From contig JBEKVV010000003.1 in NCBI GenBank assembly GCA_049513715.1, forward strand, positions 192,001-256,000: DNA of 64,000 bases, read 5' to 3'. Source of the stretch: Candidatus Bathyarchaeia archaeon (GTDB lineage Archaea > Thermoproteota > Bathyarchaeia > 40CM-2-53-6). Shown one piece after another: positions 41,317 to 49,683 of this stretch. How positions within the stretch are numbered: the stretch's first letter is position 1; every line of letters begins with the position of its first letter. Under the pieces are notes generated by a model. The model saw only the letters and a program-made list of their open reading frames with translations. It did no database searches and had not been told where the DNA came from. The position numbers and the translations under genes were made by a program.

Positions 41317-41344
41317 GTATTACTAATGGCAGAATGCGTAATAA
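41317..41344. promoter_or_regulatory. Probable NikR operator GTATTA-N16-TAATAA
   Basis: 6-16-6 inverted repeat between the divergent NiCoT and nikR genes; same spacing as the E. coli GTATGA-N16-TCATAC site. Confidence 0.7.
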
Positions 41345-41394
41345 CGATATTAAAGAGTACCGAACCATTCCCAGACCTCGGTGACATAGTGTCC

Positions 41395-41802
41395 ATGGCT
41401 AGAGTCGAGAGGATTAGCTTCTCAACACCTCCTCTACTCTTGAAGCAATTCAACGATTCCCTCAAAATGCTTGGGTACAAGGATCGATCAAAGGCGTTGC
41501 AGATTGCGATGAGGAACTTCATATCGGAATACTCATGGAGAAAGGAGAGGGGCAAACAGGCGGCCGGAGCGATCTTGCTGACGTACGACCACGAATCACA
41601 TGGCCTTCAAGATGCCCTAACGGACATTCAGCACCACTTTCGGAGTATAGTGAATTCGACCACTCATATCCATATTGACGAATCCCACTGTTTGGAAATA
41701 GTGTCCGTGAGAGGAAAAATGGAGCTGATCCAAGCATTAGCCAAGGAGTTAATGAAAAAGCGTGGTGTGACGCAACTCAAGTTGTCAACTGTTGCCGTTT
41801 AG
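41395..41802 (+). CDS. nikR: Nickel-responsive regulator NikR
   Basis: RISFS ribbon-helix-helix, GY..RS, YDH, QH, HIH....C.E. Confidence 0.93.
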   Translation: MARVERISFSTPPLLLKQFNDSLKMLGYKDRSKALQIAMRNFISEYSWRKERGKQAAGAILLTYDHESHGLQDALTDIQHHFRSIVNSTTHIHIDESHCLEIVSVRGKMELIQALAKELMKKRGVTQLKLSTVAV

Positions 41803-41932
41803 AGTAGTAGATTGGTTTGCAGCGCTGTTAGTGGGATTCGAATCCACTGGCGGTAGGACCTTGATAACTCGTACTTTCACTTAACTCTCTTACTTATCTC
41901 CACACGGGGTCTCTTATTTTCTGTGAGCAACG

Positions 41933-42256
41933 TTGCCGATTAGACCTGTACTTTTGAAGACTTTGGGCAGCGAGGCCCGGTTGAGGATTTTGTTGGTTCT
42001 CGCCAGAAACCGCGGTGAAGACTTATCCATCTATAAGATTGCGAAATTCAGCGGGTTGGATCGGAAGGTCATAAGGAAGCATTTAGGCAAACTAATCGAC
42101 GCGAACCTCGTCCACATGAAAAACTACGGCCCCATAGCCGTGTACAGCATAAGCAGCGACAATGCCCATGTCCAACGAATCATCGACCTATTCAATGAGG
42201 CAAGGCTACTCGCACAAGTTCCCGTCCAACTACACTGGTACGACATCCGCGCCTAA
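41933..42256 (+). CDS. Winged-HTH (ArsR-like) protein
   Basis: LGSEARLRIL, IYKIAKFSGL...IRKHL..L. Confidence 0.7.
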   Translation: MPIRPVLLKTLGSEARLRILLVLARNRGEDLSIYKIAKFSGLDRKVIRKHLGKLIDANLVHMKNYGPIAVYSISSDNAHVQRIIDLFNEARLLAQVPVQLHWYDIRA

Positions 42257-42453
42257 ACCCCACCAATTTCCAGAACCACCCCCCCCATTGCCGTAAACGA
42301 AAACCAACATGTCACGCTTATTAGAGACGCATCTGTATTGGCGGACAAGTTAGGTATAAGGGCTGAAGCGAACGTCCGACCGTAACCATCCGCGTTGACG
42401 TCTAAGTTTTCTCCCGAAGAACTAGCTGAACGAAACTGAACGAGGTGAAACGC

Positions 42454-42660
42454 ATGAGCGATGAACGTTCCTTCAACAAGCCAGTTGAGGAAGGCAAAGA
42501 ATACGAACTCGAAATCAAAGAGACCAGCCGTCGCGGAGACGGAGTCGCAAGAATCGAGGGCTTCGTAGTCTTCGTCCCACAAACCAAACCTGGCGATAAA
42601 GTGAAGGTCAAAATCAACTCCGTTGGACCCAGATTCGCAACCGGAGAAGTTGTCCAATAG
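42454..42660 (+). CDS. Single-TRAM-domain RNA chaperone
   Basis: KPVEEGKEY.LEI..SRRGDGVARIEGFVVFVP; GAGGTGA RBS. Confidence 0.92.
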   Translation: MSDERSFNKPVEEGKEYELEIKETSRRGDGVARIEGFVVFVPQTKPGDKVKVKINSVGPRFATGEVVQ

Positions 42661-42662
42661 AG

Positions 42663-42697
42663 GAATGGGGAGTTGTCCTCCCTATTCTCCACTTTTT
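42663..42697 (+). terminator. Hairpin plus T-tract after the TRAM gene
   Basis: GAATGGGGAG-TTGTC-CTCCCTATTC followed by CACTTTTT. Confidence 0.6.
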
Positions 42698-42773
42698 GTC
42701 CATTACGGGTGCTTTATTACGGATGAGGCCCATATTACGTCATAGTTGAGCTATCATAGCATCACTATCGAAT

Positions 42774-43427
42774 TTGCAGAGACTTAAATCAAGTACACAA
42801 GACAGGGACCTCGTATACTTACTCCGACTCGCAAAGAAGCACAGCTTAACAGCAAGTATTCTTTACGACTCTTTGCAAGCCACGTGGCAGCGCGGCAAAG
42901 CGCAATGCGGGAAACTCAAAATTGAGATGCGACTACGCGGAGTAAGTTCCTCGACATACTTGTTCTCGGTTGGCGGGAAGCTGTTCTCGCAAGCAAACCT
43001 TCAGAATGACTCAATTAGGAAACTGAAAAGACTCCCAGAAGAATTATCAACATATTTGGACGAAGACAAACGATCTGCACGCAGATTGGACGCGAACTCC
43101 ATAAGTGCCATTAGCAATTTACGATATGGACTGAGCGGTGTATCTTTCAGAGCTCGTGTGGCAAGGAAATCTGGAGTTAGAGCTGTGACCTCGAAGGATG
43201 GAACCCCTCTGTTGGTATGCGATGTAACACTCTCTGATGGGACAGGCGAGATTCCGTTGGCCGTTTGGAATAGTCAAATTGGCACCGTCTTTGAGGGCGA
43301 CGTAGTGCAGATTCAGAACGCGCGAGTCAGGAGCTTTAGAGGCCAAATTCAGCTTTCACTTGGCAGAAAGACCGGGCTTCTTACAGTTGTCGAACCCGTC
43401 AACCGAGAACTTCTGATAGCTGCCTGA
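42774..43427 (+). CDS. OB-fold (RPA/SSB-like) nucleic-acid-binding protein with N-terminal extension
   Basis: LSDGTGEI.L.VW...GDVVQI.NA.V..FRG. Confidence 0.75.
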   Translation: MQRLKSSTQDRDLVYLLRLAKKHSLTASILYDSLQATWQRGKAQCGKLKIEMRLRGVSSSTYLFSVGGKLFSQANLQNDSIRKLKRLPEELSTYLDEDKRSARRLDANSISAISNLRYGLSGVSFRARVARKSGVRAVTSKDGTPLLVCDVTLSDGTGEIPLAVWNSQIGTVFEGDVVQIQNARVRSFRGQIQLSLGRKTGLLTVVEPVNRELLIAA

Positions 43428-43800
43428 TTCTTCAAGGACCGAAGAACGGCGAACATCAGAACTGAGAGTCTGTCCCTTCTGAACCAAAGCCTAGTGCGTC
43501 GCTGACTCTTTCCAGCTGGTTCTTCATATCCTCGAGTTCAACTTTGTTATCGCGACCTTCATTTCTCCCATGTCGGCAACAATCCTACCCATAACCGGCC
43601 CATGTTAACTTCAAGCTTCTCCAACGGGGGCTTAATTCAGGCCTCTATACTCATGATCAAATTCTAGAAGTCTTCACTGAGTTCTGGCATATCTGTCGCC
43701 AGAGTTTGGTCTTCTGTCCCGGAACCCTCTGCGCCATACCACGTCTTCTTAAGAGTTACTTTGACTCATGCACTGCGACTGCAGAAAGGAACAGCTGAGA

Positions 43801-44487
43801 ATGTCAGTATACGCTCACATGGTGGAATTCTCGGTCAGCAGAAGCCGAGCGAATGCATACCTAGCCATCCCAGAGGGAGGAGACGTGCCGGGCGTGTTGG
43901 TTCTTCCTGCCTGGTGGGGCTTGACGGACTTCTTCAAAGGCGTGTGTGTTAGGCTCGCGAAATCTGGTTTCGTTGCTTTGGCGCCAGATATTTACCATGG
44001 CAAAACCGCAACAACAATCTCAGAAGCCAAACGCCTCCGGTCCAAGCTGAACAGCGCAAAACTAAACAAGGAGTTGGATTCCGCCACTGATTATTTGTTG
44101 GCTACGTTTGCTGAGACGGGAGGCAGGATTGGCGTGGTGGGGTTTTCACTAGGTGCATCGTGGGCGCTGTGGTTGGCTACGGCGAGACCGAAAGAGGTGG
44201 CAGCAGTGGTCACTTTCTATGGCACGAGCAAAGAAGACTACAAGAAGGCTCATGCCGACTTCCTCGGACATTACGCCGAGCACGACGAGTGGGAGCCACT
44301 TGATTCTGTCCGCGAGTTGGAGAAACGTCTTCGGGCAGCCGGTAAAGAAGTTGAGTTCAACGTATACCCAAGCACGACGCACTGGTTCTTCGAGGAAAAT
44401 CAACCGAACGCTTACAACCCTGAAGCCGCTAAACTCGCTTGGGAGAGAACCCTGCGCTTCCTACACACTCACTTGGATTTACAGTGA
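43801..44487 (+). CDS. Dienelactone hydrolase family protein
   Basis: AWWGL, GFVALAPD.Y, GFSLG, FYG, H.F, AWERT. Confidence 0.88.
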   Translation: MSVYAHMVEFSVSRSRANAYLAIPEGGDVPGVLVLPAWWGLTDFFKGVCVRLAKSGFVALAPDIYHGKTATTISEAKRLRSKLNSAKLNKELDSATDYLLATFAETGGRIGVVGFSLGASWALWLATARPKEVAAVVTFYGTSKEDYKKAHADFLGHYAEHDEWEPLDSVRELEKRLRAAGKEVEFNVYPSTTHWFFEENQPNAYNPEAAKLAWERTLRFLHTHLDLQ

Positions 44488-44775
44488 CTCGCTCGGAAGG
44501 AGGAGAAACAATGTTTCGATCTGCGGGAAGCTGAGGATTAGGTTGTCAGAGGAAATTGAAGATCACCTAGACTCGGGCATCGGATGAAAGGGGTGTTTGA
44601 TACCCTATGGAAGCGCAATGAGAAGCCAAAGGGGAAGCTCAAGATATCTTCGATATCAGGAAAAAAGCCCCTGCAGTTAATGAGATCGAACAGCAGGCGA
44701 GCTTATCGACCCATAATGCTCTAGTTCGATGCACAGGATACTTGAAAGCCGTTTGCTAGCCTTTGATCATTGGTT

Positions 44776-46008
44776 CTACATGTTCGTGTATGCTTCTTCG
44801 CCGTGTTGACTTATGTCCAAGCCTGCATCTTCGTCCTTCGGACTAACCCTCACCGGAGTGAAGACATTGATTATTCTTAGCAGCACGTATGTCCCGACGA
44901 AGGCGAAAAATCCCACGACAACTACTCCGAATACTTGCACTATGAACTGATACATATTTCCGTACAGCAGCCCGTTCGGGCCAGCTGCATTGATGGCGGC
45001 AGATGCAAAGATCCCCGTCGCTATTGATCCCAAGATCCCGCCTGCACCGTGGCAGGCGAATACATCCAGCGAGTCATCAAGTCGTGTCCTTGCGCGCCAA
45101 CCCGCCACAAAGTTACAAACAATACCAGCTGCGGCTCCTATTATGATGGAGGCCATCGGTCCAACATACCCAGAAGCAGGCGTTATCGTCGCTAACCCGC
45201 AGACTGCTCCAACTGAGATTCCGACCGCCGACGGCTTGCCCTTCCGGACCCAGTCAGTAATCATCCAACTCATCGCACCAGCCGCAGCTGCCAGATTTGT
45301 TACCAGCAAAGCGTTAGCAGCTAAACCGTCTGCCGCAAGAGCACTTCCCGCGTTGAAACCAAACCAACCGAACCACAAGATTGCAGCCCCCAAAATAACG
45401 AAGGGAACATTATTGGGCCTCATCTCCTTCCGCGGATTCACGTCCTTTCGTCTACCGATAAATATGGCCGCAGCAAGTGCCGAGACTCCGGCCGTCTCGT
45501 GCACAACCAAACCCCCAGCAAAGTCCACCACTCCCAATACCCTTAACCAACCACCCACAGCCCAGACCCAGTGCACGACTGGAACATAGACGAAAGTCGT
45601 CCACATTACAACGAAAATCAAGAGCGACTTAAAGCGAACTCTCTCAGCAAACGCTCCTATGATCAGTGCCGGGGTGATTGCGGCGAACTTGAGCTGAAAA
45701 GCCACATAGAGAACTTCCGGAATTGTAGGGGCATAGGCTGAGTTCGGTGTGATTCCGACATTGACCAATCCGAAATCAGATAGATTTCCGATAATTCCTC
45801 CAATTGAGTTTCCTCCAAGTGCAAGACTATAGCCCCATATTGCCCAAACCAGGCTTATGACGGCGAATATGGCGAGACACTGAACAATTGTTGAGACTAG
45901 GTTCTTCCTTCGAACGAGGCCACCATAAAAGAACCCCACAGCCGGAGTCATTATCATGACTAGAGCTGTAGCTGCGAGTACCCATGCTGTGTCTCCCGTA
46001 TTCAGCAA
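44776..46008 (-). CDS. amt: Ammonium transporter (second paralogue)
   Basis: Same Amt motifs; both pore His residues present. Confidence 0.95.
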   Translation of the reverse strand: MLNTGDTAWVLAATALVMIMTPAVGFFYGGLVRRKNLVSTIVQCLAIFAVISLVWAIWGYSLALGGNSIGGIIGNLSDFGLVNVGITPNSAYAPTIPEVLYVAFQLKFAAITPALIIGAFAERVRFKSLLIFVVMWTTFVYVPVVHWVWAVGGWLRVLGVVDFAGGLVVHETAGVSALAAAIFIGRRKDVNPRKEMRPNNVPFVILGAAILWFGWFGFNAGSALAADGLAANALLVTNLAAAAGAMSWMITDWVRKGKPSAVGISVGAVCGLATITPASGYVGPMASIIIGAAAGIVCNFVAGWRARTRLDDSLDVFACHGAGGILGSIATGIFASAAINAAGPNGLLYGNMYQFIVQVFGVVVVGFFAFVGTYVLLRIINVFTPVRVSPKDEDAGLDISQHGEEAYTNM

Positions 46009-46109
46009 CTAATCGCACCTTAACGGTCGATGTTGCCACAGATTGAGCGCGGTTATAACCTTGGCCGTTAGATTTCATTTACCAAAATCGCGGAGGCCTA
46101 CGCGTGCAT

Positions 46110-46144
46110 TAGCTTAATGCCTTAATGATTAAACGTTTAAGCTT
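46110..46144. promoter_or_regulatory. 35-bp quasi-palindrome (copy 2) upstream of amt2
   Basis: TAGCTTAATGCCTTAATGATTAAACGTTTAAGCTT. Confidence 0.7.
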
Positions 46145-46343
46145 CATCCTCGCAAGTTGGACTTGGATTAGTCCTGAGATCTGAAAGGTCAGCTAAAGCA
46201 GCAAAAACCCTGCGTAACCTCGAAGAAAACAGGATTTCGGTAATCAAAGCTGCCTTTGATCGGACCCGAAAACGCCCTAACAAGACAGGAGACCAGAAAC
46301 CATCGTCGTTCGTTTCATTGTGTGTGTCACTGTGCTTCGGATG

Positions 46344-46820
46344 TCACGTCAGCTCCGACAGCCTCAGTCGGACCAGGTCAGCGAGTTTTGCAGCGGCTTC
46401 TTTCACTGATGAACTCATAGTCTCCGTGAAAGTGAATTCAGGCTCAATGTCAATGGTAAAGAGCGTTATTGTCATTGGTATCTTGCTGGGGTCAAACTTT
46501 CTGTAAAGCTCCAATGCAGTTGGAAATCCTGTGACATGTGTTGAAGAAAATTGGTCGGCGTTTTTCAGTTCTGCTGCGTTGAACTCTGAGATCCGCCCGA
46601 CTTCCGAGTCCTTTTGGATGATAGAGTCAACCACGAGCACGTTCTCGTAACCTAGCATTTCCTCGACCATTCTCAAGCCGCCAACACTTAGTTCCTTGAA
46701 TTCTAACCCAGGCAGCTGTGAAAGGCTGTCCTTGAGCATTCTGACTATGTGTATTCCTACGCCGTCGTCTCCCATGATCGGGTTGCCGACGCCTAGGACC
46801 AGAGTCTTCGTATCAAACAG
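46344..46820 (-). CDS. Hydrogenase maturation protease
   Basis: TLVLGVGNPIMGDDGVG, VVD, STH; the conserved N-terminus requires a start upstream of ATG 46775 (CTG 46820). Confidence 0.9.
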   Translation of the reverse strand: MFDTKTLVLGVGNPIMGDDGVGIHIVRMLKDSLSQLPGLEFKELSVGGLRMVEEMLGYENVLVVDSIIQKDSEVGRISEFNAAELKNADQFSSTHVTGFPTALELYRKFDPSKIPMTITLFTIDIEPEFTFTETMSSSVKEAAAKLADLVRLRLSELT

Positions 46821-46823
46821 CCT

Positions 46824-48284
46824 TCATGGTCTTCGTAGGTTGCGCAATAGGTTTCGGTTCTTGTCGTAGATTTTGACATCCAAAGGCATTTGCCCGGGTA
46901 GCGTATGCGTGGCGCATGCGAAGCATGGGTCGTATGCCCTAAAAGCCATCTCAACCATGTTCAGAACCCCGTCCGAGACATCGCCTTTCTTGATGAGGCC
47001 TTCTGCGGCTTGTTTGATTGACATGCTAATGGCAGCGTGGTTGTTCGTGGTAGCCACGATCAAGTTCACGTTCTTCACGAGGCCTCTCTCGTCTGTCTTA
47101 TAGTGGTGGATCAAGGTTCCACGAGGTGCTTCAACGCAACCTACACCCTCGTCGGGGATTTCGGTTGGAATCGTGCGAACGTTTGGATTCGTGACTTCCG
47201 GGTCGCGGCTTAACTCAAGCATTCTTTCAGCTGCGTACATCAACTCTACCAAACGAGCCCAGTGTGTTGCGAGCGTTGAGTGAACCGGTTTCTTGCCAAG
47301 GGTTTCGTACATTTTTGTGTATTCGGCTTGCGCAAGAGGCGTGGCCATTCCGTCAGACACATTGAGTCGTGCTAGTGGCGTTGCACGGTAGACCCCACTG
47401 TTCTTTCCGCCGACTAGCCCTCTCCATCCTATGGATTTGAGGTATGGGTACTTCAGGTATGTCCAGGGTTCAACGTGTTCAGCGATGTACTTCTGGTAAT
47501 CAGCCGCGGGGTATTTCGCAAACTCCTTGCCTTCGGGGTCGACGATTCTGATGTTTCCGTCGTAGAAGTTGACTCGGTTCTGCGAGTCAACGGTGCCCAT
47601 GTAGTATGTTTCGGTCGCATACATGTCGCTCGTGATGAGGTTCATGTATTCTTTGTTGTGGAGGACGAGGTCGTCGAAGATTTTCAATGTAAACTGGGCG
47701 AACTCGACTTCAGACTTGGCGATTTCTTCAATCCTTGACCTTTCGGTTTCGTTGATTGCTTTGCTAACGCCGCCTGGGAGTCCGAAGCTTGGGTGAACTC
47801 TCTTTCCGCCGATAATTGCGATCGCATCTAGTGCATCGGAGCGGTGTTTTATGACTGAGGTTCCGACCTCTGCGCCCACTTTTCCTATTACGCCGAGTAT
47901 GTTTCGTTCTGCTTTGGGTGCAGTAGGGCCCATTATGAAGTCGGGTCCTGCGAGGATGTAGAAGTGGGTCGTGTGGTCGGCGACGAAGAAGGCGCTGTAG
48001 AGAAGTTCTCGGAGCTTCTTCGCTGCAGGTGGTGGGTCAACGTGAAAGAGGGCGTCCAGCGCCTTAGTTGCGGCAACGTGGTGGGCTTCTGGGCAGACTC
48101 CGCAAATTCGACTGGTAATGTCAGGCATTTCCTCGACTGGTCTGCCCTCGCAGAATTTCTCGAAGCCTCGCAGTTCTGGGACTTGGAAGTACGCGTTCTC
48201 AACGTTTCCTTCGTCGTTCAGGAAAATCGAAATCTTTCCGTGCCCTTCGAGCCTTGTGACAGGATTTATTGTTACGGTCTTCAT
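46824..48284 (-). CDS. mvhA: [NiFe] hydrogenase group 3c large subunit
   Basis: TRLEGH, RGFE, RICGVC, EAPRG, DPCFACATH plus cleavable tail. Confidence 0.95.
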   Translation of the reverse strand: MKTVTINPVTRLEGHGKISIFLNDEGNVENAYFQVPELRGFEKFCEGRPVEEMPDITSRICGVCPEAHHVAATKALDALFHVDPPPAAKKLRELLYSAFFVADHTTHFYILAGPDFIMGPTAPKAERNILGVIGKVGAEVGTSVIKHRSDALDAIAIIGGKRVHPSFGLPGGVSKAINETERSRIEEIAKSEVEFAQFTLKIFDDLVLHNKEYMNLITSDMYATETYYMGTVDSQNRVNFYDGNIRIVDPEGKEFAKYPAADYQKYIAEHVEPWTYLKYPYLKSIGWRGLVGGKNSGVYRATPLARLNVSDGMATPLAQAEYTKMYETLGKKPVHSTLATHWARLVELMYAAERMLELSRDPEVTNPNVRTIPTEIPDEGVGCVEAPRGTLIHHYKTDERGLVKNVNLIVATTNNHAAISMSIKQAAEGLIKKGDVSDGVLNMVEMAFRAYDPCFACATHTLPGQMPLDVKIYDKNRNLLRNLRRP

Positions 48285-49237
48285 TGTTTCGTTCTCCTCA
48301 TGAGTGATTGGGCAAGGCCAAACCTGTAAAACGTCCCGATGGGGTCGACAACTCCGTCTACGAGTTTCTGAATATCCTCTTCAGTTTCCGCATCGAAGAC
48401 CGAGGAGAGTGCTGAGAGCATCTTTGCGCCTTGGTCTAGGACATTGGGTAATGGACCATAGCAGCCTCTGCAAGGCATGTTGGCGTCTAGGCAGACTGCC
48501 TCGCAGCCGCCTCTTGTTGCCGGGCCCATGCAAATGATACCTTGCTCAAGCAGGCACTTCTTGGGATCCTGTATGGTTTCGTAAGTTCGGACTAATTTCG
48601 CGACTTTTCTATCAGTTTTTTCACGCTTGCATTCATGGCAGAGCGATTTGTCGGAAGCCCCTAGAATAGCGCCTTTTGGTGGCAATTTGCCGCTCACGAA
48701 GGTTTCGATTACTTTTCCGACCTGTGGTCCGACAGGAGGACAACCAGGTACAAAGTAATCGACATCGACCGTTTGCTCCAGTGTCTTGACGGTGTTATAG
48801 AACTCGGGAATTGTAAGCGTTCCTTCGGGTGCCTCGAATTTCGATTGTGGGTAAGTGTTTTCAGGGTTCTCTGTGGTGGGGGTTTCCTTGTAGGACGACT
48901 TGAAGATCAGTTCCCGACTTTTTGTGTTCGCGAGTGCTGGAATGCCGCCTCCACATGCGCAGGAACCAAAAGCAACTAGTAGTTTGGATTTCGCTCTGAG
49001 CAGTTTCGCTACGTGCTCGTTTTCAGAGTTTTGAATCGCGCCGTTGAAGAACGTCACGTCGATGTTCTTGTCGGGCATGGCTTCGAGGTCTGAGTATTTG
49101 TAGTCAAGTGCAGCTGGCCAGTAGACTATGTCGATCTTTTCTTTCAGGTCGAGCAGTTTGGTTCCTAGTTCGAGGATTGCGATTTCGCATCCGCCGCAGC
49201 TACTTGCCCAGTTGAATGCAACCTTCGCTTTCGTCAT
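48281..49237 (-). CDS. mvhG: [NiFe] hydrogenase small subunit
   Basis: SCGGC, GSCA, PGCPP, C..C, CMGP, CRGC. Confidence 0.93.
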   Translation of the reverse strand: MTKAKVAFNWASSCGGCEIAILELGTKLLDLKEKIDIVYWPAALDYKYSDLEAMPDKNIDVTFFNGAIQNSENEHVAKLLRAKSKLLVAFGSCACGGGIPALANTKSRELIFKSSYKETPTTENPENTYPQSKFEAPEGTLTIPEFYNTVKTLEQTVDVDYFVPGCPPVGPQVGKVIETFVSGKLPPKGAILGASDKSLCHECKREKTDRKVAKLVRTYETIQDPKKCLLEQGIICMGPATRGGCEAVCLDANMPCRGCYGPLPNVLDQGAKMLSALSSVFDAETEEDIQKLVDGVVDPIGTFYRFGLAQSLMRRTKQ

Positions 49238-49680
49238 TATTGCGCCACCACTTCTATCTTCGACTTCCAATTCAGAGGCCCAAGTGTTCGAATGTTCTCA
49301 GTCATACTGTCCACGATCCTGGCGTATCTTTCCCCTTCAGACGCGGACACCCACTCCAATCTGACGCGGTCCTTTTCGATACCGAACTGATCGAGCATTT
49401 TCTGGAGTAGTTTGAACCGCCTCATGGTCTTCACGTTGCCGTTAGTGTAGTGACAGTCTCCGGGGTGGCATCCTGCGATCAGAACACCGTCTGCACCTGA
49501 GGCAAGCGCCTTCAGAATTAATGTTGGGTCAACGCGGCCTGAACAGTTGACTCTGATGGGGTTGATGTTTGGTGGGTACTTGATTCTGCTCGTGCCGGCC
49601 AGGTCGGCGCCAGTGTAGGCGCACCACTTGCAGAGGAAGCCAACGATTTTTGGTTCAAATCGTGTGGACAATTCCATCAT
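49237..49680 (-). CDS. mvhD: Methyl-viologen-reducing hydrogenase [2Fe-2S] subunit
   Basis: CKWCAY.GAD.AG, CSGR, GCHPGDCHY, WVSASEG. Confidence 0.95.
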   Translation of the reverse strand: MMELSTRFEPKIVGFLCKWCAYTGADLAGTSRIKYPPNINPIRVNCSGRVDPTLILKALASGADGVLIAGCHPGDCHYTNGNVKTMRRFKLLQKMLDQFGIEKDRVRLEWVSASEGERYARIVDSMTENIRTLGPLNWKSKIEVVAQ

Positions 49681-49683
49681 CTC

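Noticed and set aside
41821..41850. GTGGGATTCGAATCCAC resembling a tRNA T-arm
   Set aside because: No matching acceptor stem, D-arm or anticodon arm on either strand; more likely a hairpin downstream of nikR
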